Shown piece after piece: positions 9,001 to 16,200 of a stretch of DNA of 17,765 nt. Numbering within the stretch: position 1 is the stretch's first letter; each line of letters starts with the position of its first letter. The translations under genes and the position numbers were made by a program. Source of the DNA: an archaeon (GTDB lineage: Archaea > Iainarchaeota > Iainarchaeia > Iainarchaeales > CSSED10-239); NCBI GenBank assembly GCA_035387745.1, contig DAOOON010000009.1, positions 1 through 17,765 of the forward strand. Direction: 5' to 3'. The notes below the pieces were generated by a model that was not told the DNA's origin, did not search any database, and was given only the letters and a program-made list of their open reading frames with translations.

Positions 9001-9462
9001 ATGAAATCAATACTTTTTGTTTGCACAGGAAACATCTTTAGAAGCATGTCTGCTGAGCTTTTTCTAAAAAAATATCTTCTGGAAAGAAACAAAAAAATAA
9101 AAGTGTCTTCAGCAGGCATTCAAGCAAATCCAGAAGGCATTCATCCAATTGTTAAGGAAGAACTAGACAAGAGAGAAATTGACTATTCAAAACACGTGCA
9201 AAGAAAAGTTACAAAAGAAATTCTTGATTCTTCTGATCTTGTTGTTTCAATGACTTATTTTCATCAGGATTTTTTAAAAGAAAAATTCAATCAAGATTCC
9301 CTTCTTTTTAATGAGCTTTGCTTTGGTAAAAAAGAAGACTTTCTAGATTACCCTGACATTCTAATAGAAACAAACTCAAAAGATAGAGCAGAAGAATATA
9401 TAAGAACAGCAATAAAAGAAATAGAAAAAGGCTGCAAAAGTCTTGCAAAGCAACTGCAATAA
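9001..9462 (+). CDS. Low-molecular-weight protein-tyrosine phosphatase / ArsC-fold Cys phosphatase
   Basis: 153 aa. The N-terminal P-loop LFVCTGNIFRS matches the C-X5-R-(S/T) signature (Cys8, Arg14). Size and layout are typical of LMW-PTPs. Confidence 0.85.
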   Translation: MKSILFVCTGNIFRSMSAELFLKKYLLERNKKIKVSSAGIQANPEGIHPIVKEELDKREIDYSKHVQRKVTKEILDSSDLVVSMTYFHQDFLKEKFNQDSLLFNELCFGKKEDFLDYPDILIETNSKDRAEEYIRTAIKEIEKGCKSLAKQLQ

Positions 9463-9534
9463 TTTCAAACAATTTCTTTATAAACATTAACACTCAATAT
9501 ATATCTAGTTATAATAACAAAAGGTGATTAAAAA

Positions 9535-10092
9535 ATGGCAATAGCACTAATAATAATTCTAGTTATTCTAGGTGTAATTTTGCTAATGGCTTTATTCATG
9601 TACAATAGCCTAGTTGTTATGAGAAACAAGGTAAAAAACGGCTGGAGTCAGATTGATGTTCAGTTAAAGAAAAGATATGATCTTGTTCCAAACCTTGTTG
9701 AAACAGTTAAAGGCTATGCAAAGCATGAAGCAGGCACATTATCAAAGATTACAGAATTAAGAAATCAAGCTATGCAAACAAAGGACATAAAGGCAGCAAT
9801 GAAGACTAACGACCAAATGTCTAAAGCAATCAGCGGTCTAATAAGCGTTGTTGTTGAAAACTATCCTGACCTTAAAGCAAGCCAAAATTTCTTAATGCTT
9901 CAAGAGGAACTTTCAGGTATTGAGAACAAAATAGCATATGCAAGGCAATATTACAACGACACAATAATGGATTACAACAACAAGTTACAGGTCTTTCCAA
10001 ACAGCATCTTTGCAAAAATGTTTAATTTCAAAGAAGAAACTTTCCTAGAAGCGACAGCAGAAGAAAAAAAGAATGTAAAAGTTTCCTTCTAG
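9535..10092 (+). CDS. lemA: LemA family membrane protein
   Basis: 185 aa. A single N-terminal TM segment (IALIIILVILGVILLMALFMY) is followed by the conserved LemA core YNSLVVMRNKVKNGWSQIDVQLKKRYDLVPNLVETVKGYAKHE. GGTGA lies 7 nt upstream of the ATG. Confidence 0.9.
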   Translation: MAIALIIILVILGVILLMALFMYNSLVVMRNKVKNGWSQIDVQLKKRYDLVPNLVETVKGYAKHEAGTLSKITELRNQAMQTKDIKAAMKTNDQMSKAISGLISVVVENYPDLKASQNFLMLQEELSGIENKIAYARQYYNDTIMDYNNKLQVFPNSIFAKMFNFKEETFLEATAEEKKNVKVSF

Positions 10093-10120
10093 TTTCTTCT
10101 TCTATTTTTTTTATTGTTTT
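10093..10120 (+). terminator. T-rich tract downstream of lemA (possible oligo-T type terminator)
   Basis: TTTCTTCTTCTATTTTTTTTATTGTTTT follows the TAG stop directly and includes a T8 run at 10105-10112. I see no convincing G+C-rich hairpin, so this is only plausible if oligo-T termination applies. Confidence 0.25.
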
Positions 10121-10187
10121 CATTTGTAACTTTTTCTAGTAAATAGATAGTATTTAAATTCTTTTTCATTCTTTGTAATTAATGAAA

Positions 10188-10259
10188 GATATATAAATAT
10201 ATATTGCTTTTATTTATATAGGATAAAATATATTTTAAAATATTAAAGAAAGAAAATAA
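10188..10259 (+). promoter_or_regulatory. Putative promoter/leader of the giant ORF (TATA-like elements)
   Basis: GATATATAAATATATATT (10188-10205) and TTTATATA (10213-10220) lie about 40-70 nt upstream of ATG 10260. No clear Shine-Dalgarno motif is present (AAAGAAAGAAAATAAATG). AT-rich background makes such matches weak evidence. Confidence 0.3.
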
Positions 10260-13200
10260 ATGGCAAAAGAAAAAGCAAAACCTAAAGGCTCTAAAGCCAA
10301 AAAAGAAGAAACAGATTTTGAGGATACAGAAATTGATGATTATTCTGAAGTTGATGAAGAGTTCTCAGAAGAAAATATAGGCAAGCAAACAGAGAATAAC
10401 ATCTTTGGCAAAGCCTACAAGTGGTTAGAAACAAAATATTATTCTTTCTCTGATTGGCTAACAAAGAAAGGAATTAATCTTAATAAGGCAAATGATTTCT
10501 TAGAAGAAAAAGGAATTCCTGCCTTTGTGTTTGTTGCAAGTCTTACACTGATTATTTTAGCGGTCCTAATTTTTTTAATAATAAATTTTGCAACAAAGAC
10601 AACAGTTGAATTTTCAATAGTTGATTTTTCTAATAATCCATTATCAGATGTAGATGTTAAAATCTATGATTTAAAAGACAAAACAAAGTTTAATGGAACA
10701 ATAAGTGACGGCCACAAAGCAAGACTTTCTCTTAAGTCAGGAATAAATTACACAATAAATGCCACAAAATCAGGATTTGCAGATTATGAAAAAGATAATT
10801 TATTTACTAGAGGAGAGCCAATAAAAATAAAATTCTCTGAAAATGTAACTCTTGGCAATTTTAAATTATCAGTAACAGATTTAGAAACTAAAAAAGCAAT
10901 TTCTAATTATAGGGCAATTTTAAGTTATGATATTAGTGGAAAACCGCAAGAACAAACAGCAACTCCCGGAAGTGCAAATCAAATAAGTTTTACAGATGTT
11001 CCCTTAGGCAAATCTTTGTCATTAGTTATTGAAGCAGATGGTTATCAAACAGTTTCTAAATCTATAACGGTGTCAAATAATGAAGAAATAATACCGATTG
11101 AATTACAATTTGATCTTGATTCTGCGCAATTAGAAGGACTTGATGCAAGGGGCACAATTGTAGCAGTTTCAGACACTGGAGATGTCTTAGATGATTGTGA
11201 AGTTACAATTTATAATATCTCTGACGAAAAAATAGCAACAGGCATAACTCAACTAGGCAGATTTACATTTACTGAAAAAGTAGGTTCAGTAATAAGATTT
11301 GTTGTAACAAAAGAAGGTTATAAAACATACGACAGTGATGAAGAAAATAAAACTTTCAGATTACTAAGAAGTGAAGACACTTTTACTGCAACATTAAAAA
11401 AAGGCAGTTCTGATTTAAAAGTAATGGTTGTAGAAGATATGGTTGGTCCAGTAAGTGATGCAGATGTTTCTTTATATAATCTAGTAGGGAACTTATTGAC
11501 AGAAAAAACAACCTTGCTTGATGGAGAAGTTATATTTTCTGGTCTTGATAAAAACAAAGATTATATTGTAACAGCATGTAAAGAAGATTATCTTTGCTCT
11601 CAATATTTTGTAAATATAGATAATGGTAATGATTTAGAGGCAAAGCTTGTTAAGTTGGGTTCTGCAGAAACTTACAAATTATCAATATATGTTTATGATG
11701 GTGCAAACGCCCCACTTTCAACAGCAAATGTTTTAGTTTATAAATTATTAAATGGAAAATATGTGCCAATCGGTTTTGGGCCATTACAAGTTGATTTAAC
11801 AGGCTACACATCTGTCTTTACACAAAAGGCAGAAACATATAAAGTTGTAGGCATTGCCGGGGATTCAAATGCTTCTCAAGAAATCACAATTGATCAGTTT
11901 AAAGATAACAAAGTAATATTGATAATAAATGATGCATCAAAAGAAGTAACCTTACAATTAAAAGACATTTATGGCAACCCAGTAATTGATGGTTATGTAA
12001 TAGTTAAATCAAAAACCGGAGAAATTCTTTACGAAGGTTATATCGATGCAGAAAATCCTGCTAAATTTTCAACAAAAGGCTACAAAGATTTGATTGTAGA
12101 ATATCTGGATGAAGAAGGCAATACCACGGTTGCTTCTGCAGTAGTGGGATCTGGAGAAGATTTAGTTGTAAGCTTAAAACCAATGATTGAGGATTTTAAT
12201 CCAATAATTTCTTTCTTAGAAATAAGAGATTTACAAAACAATTCTACAAGTATATTAAGTAAAGATAAAGATTATTATTTAGTGTTTGATTTACAATTGC
12301 CAGTAGATGTGAAAAAATGTGGAGTTCATTTTAGAGCAGGAAAAGATTCAGAAAATGATTCTGAAAATATGGATTATGGTATAACTGGATTTAAAGCAGA
12401 TACAACTAGCTTTAAATATTCCACAACATATAATGAAGGGCAGCAATCAATTGATTTTGATAATGTTGGTTCTCCAAATGAATTAAATAAATGGTTAGAA
12501 TTGTATTGGCCAGATGTGTCATTAACAAATAAACAAATAATGTTAAAAGTTAAAGCTACAGAAATTGGGGATTTGCTTCTAAGATATAGAGCGTGGTGTG
12601 AAGATAGCGAAGGTAAAATCTATAGAGATCCAGAAGATACAACATTAGGAACTGCCAGAAACAATTCTTCAAAACAAAGCCTATATGCAGAAACAAAAGA
12701 ACAAGTATTTAAAGTTTTTGAAACTCCTGCAGAATGTTCAGACAATCTGTGTGTAGAATATAAATTTTTAGATAAAGGCGGTTTTGATTATTCTAATGAA
12801 ACTTTTTTTGGAACAGTTGATGAAATGTATTTATTAGAATTAAATTACTATAGTCCAAAATCCGGAGAATTAACAATTGATACTGAAACAGATGCAAGTC
12901 ACCCAATTATTGGTTTAATAAATTATCAAGACACAGATTTGTTTCCAAGTTCAGAACAGGATTCTCAAGAAACAAAATTAAGTTCTATGGCTGTTTCTTT
13001 ACAATCGGGGATTTATAGAAAACAATATTTATTATTTAATGCAAAAAATATAGGTGTAACTTATATAGATATAAAATCAACCTTTAATTCTAATGTTACA
13101 GAAAAAAGATTAACCTTTGAAATAAAGAATAAAAGAAATTTAGAAGTAAATGTTTCAGAGTTATTACCATATAACACACCAATAACAATAGAAGTAAAAG

Positions 13201-16200
13201 ATGCAGATAACAAAAGCCCAATCAACAACGCACTTGTAAAATTAGAAGACGAATTTGGAGATCTTATTTCAAGTACAAAAAAAGCAAAGGCAGGAAAATA
13301 TATAATTAATCAAAACTTTTCTAGTTCAAAACCAAATTTAGAAGTTATGGCGCCTGGTTATGCACCATACACTCAGCAATTAATGATTGCAGATACTGGT
13401 TTAATTTCAGGTCCTGATAGTATTTCTATAAACTTTGGTAATGAAATTAGTCAAGAAACAGAAATAATAACTTTAGTAAATAAAGGAAATGCAAAGATTA
13501 CGGATTTGACATATCAAATTACACCAATTGATGAGGTTGCAGAATTAACTATAGAGACTCAATTGCCAGTAACACTTAATCCAGCAAGCCCTTCAGAAAT
13601 AGAAGTGACTTCAGTAATTGATCCAAAACTAAAATTTAAAACTGCAAAATATGTTTTAACAATATTTGGTTTTGTTGGCAACAAACAAGTTGCAAAAGAT
13701 ATTGAGATTGAAATTTATAAGGGGCAAGTACAAGAAAATTGTTTAGATATAAAACCTCTTGCAATTTATAGTTATGTAGGCATTAGTGAGGGTTCTGAAA
13801 ATGAGATAACTGCAACGTTAGTTAACAATTGTAAAAAAGCAATTACAGTTACTCCAGAACTATTAAAAGCAAAAGGCACAGTAATTAAGAAAGATGAAAA
13901 TTTAGAAATTGTTCTTCCATCAGTAACAATAGAACCAAATGAAGAAATAACAGATTACACAATAACTATAAAAAACAACAAGGCTCGAAAGACTACAAAA
14001 AGCTATATTTTTGAGATTGCTTGGAGAAATGCGTATTATGCTTTACCAAATACAAAATTAAATGTTGACTTAGTTGATTATTCTAAGACCATAAAGATTA
14101 TTCCACCAGTTTCAATTGTATCAATGAGTCAATTTAATGAAGAGATAGTTGCTTCAAATAAAACGGTTTTTTCAATAACAAATACCGGCAAATACCCCTT
14201 AAAGGACATACAAATATCAAGGTTGGAAGAAAAATATGTTTCTAATATTCAAGATAAGATTGAACCAATAACTTTTGAAGAAATAAAACCTGGCCAAACA
14301 AAACAAGTTAGTATTATTTATGAAGGCAAAGTGAGCAATGCAACAAGAGCGACACTTTTCTATAAAGTGACTGCAATTTCTCCTGGTTCAAAGGATCCAA
14401 TAGATGCAAAATTTACTGTAGATTTTAGAATTTCTTCAGCAAGTTGTTTAAAAATAGATCAAAAAAAGATTGCGTTCTATACTAGAATTGGAGAAGAAAA
14501 AATCAAGTTAATTAATATAACAAATCAATGTGCAGAGCCAATAGCATATATAGATTATGATATAAATCCTAATAGGGCACCTAATGATTTTACTTTGGCA
14601 TTTGGCGAAGGCACAGGTGTTGCTTTAGTTCCTGCAACCCCAATACCATTTATAGGTATTGGTCAAACTGTTCCTTTCTATTTGAAAGTAAAACCAACCA
14701 GATATTTTACTCCTAGAACGGAGAATAGATTTACAATAATAGGAATTCCAGTAAATAACACCGCATTAAGTATGGTGACTTCTGAAATTATTTGGATTTC
14801 AACAGAAGTAGAAGCACCTGATGAAGACACTGTAGAAGATTTAGAGAGAATAGAAGAAAATATTTCAGTAAAAATTTGTGATTCAGATGAAAAAATGGAT
14901 GTTGCAATGCCTAAGATTGTTACAGATTGTAAAGAAGATGGTTATTGTGATGCAGAGGGTGCAGCTGAATTAATATTAGAAAAAATTCAAGAACTACATA
15001 ATGTTGTCATAGATGTTTCAAAACAATTAAATAATGAACTTGCACAAACAAATTGTTCTATGGCTACATCACAGCAAAATGGCTGTGTAATTTCTGATTT
15101 ATTAAAGCCAGACCAGTTAAAGTTATTTAAGAACATTCCAATCTATCTACAAAACGATTCACTATCTCAAAGAACCTTAGAAATTGTTTTGGGCAACACT
15201 AAAGAGGCAACAAAATATCCAACCATTAAAAATTATGCAATAAGAGAAAACGTAGGTTCAACTTCTGGTGGTTTACAGATGATTGGAAACATCATACATG
15301 TAGACAATAAAATGCAGGGTTGTGGAAGATATAAAATAACAATAGATGGGAGAATTGCAACAAAGGATCAAAAAACCCTGGCTCCAGAGAAAGCGTATTT
15401 CTTTGTAACTATAGATTATAATAAAACAGGCCCTTGTGCAAAAAGTATAGAAAATGTAAGAATGTATTTACCAAAAGATACAACGCATTTTAAAAAATCA
15501 AATATGGGCGACACCTGGCTAACAATGATTAGTGGCGATGAAAACATTGGCAAAACGATTGCAAAACAAGCATTCGATAGCGATGAAAGATTCCAATTAA
15601 GGACAGACAACATTAAAAAGTTTAGTCAATTAGATGTTTCAATTGGCACAATTACAGAAAATGAAAATGCAATTGCAAAATTGTATTTTAATAATACAAC
15701 AACGGCAACCAGTCCTCAGCCAGAAAAGGTTAATTTAGTTGTAAATGATTATTATACAATAAATAAAGAAGGAGAAGAATCAAAATATTCAGAAGAATTT
15801 GTAAAGCAAGTTTCTGAAAATGTAAAAGACATAATTAATGGAACTCCTGCAGACATATGTATTTCACAAGATAAAAACTATATGTTAATTTTATCTTTTG
15901 AAGCCGCAGAATATGGAGCTTTATCTTTAAAAGCGCAAAATGATAAATTACAATTAACACCTTTAGAAAAATGTGTTGTTCTTACTGCACAATCAGCAGT
16001 AGCTGAGAAAATAACTGTTAAGTATGAAGATATTTTAGGCGTAAGAACTAAATTTAATTATTCAGGACAAGACTATACAGATAAATTGTCGCTAGTTCTT
16101 GAAAAAGACAAGCCAACAGATTTTAATGTTTGTTTCTTAGGAGATATTGGGCAAGTAGTTAGCTGGTCTGATCAGAATGTAAAAATAATTGCTGAGAGCG

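Noticed and set aside
3196-9493. Antisense track ORFs 3196-3405, 3215-3448, 3667-3852, 5227-5478, 8450-8641 and 9308-9493
   Set aside because: Each is embedded (or almost wholly embedded, for 9308-9493) antisense to a CDS with clear family motifs. All are short and Leu/Phe/Ser/Cys-rich shadow frames, and 5227-5478 is simply the reverse reading of the EEQRL repeat.
11318-15613. Antisense track ORFs 11318-11557 and 15416-15613
   Set aside because: Both lie inside and opposite to the uninterrupted 2,502-codon plus-strand frame. They are shadow ORFs of the giant gene.
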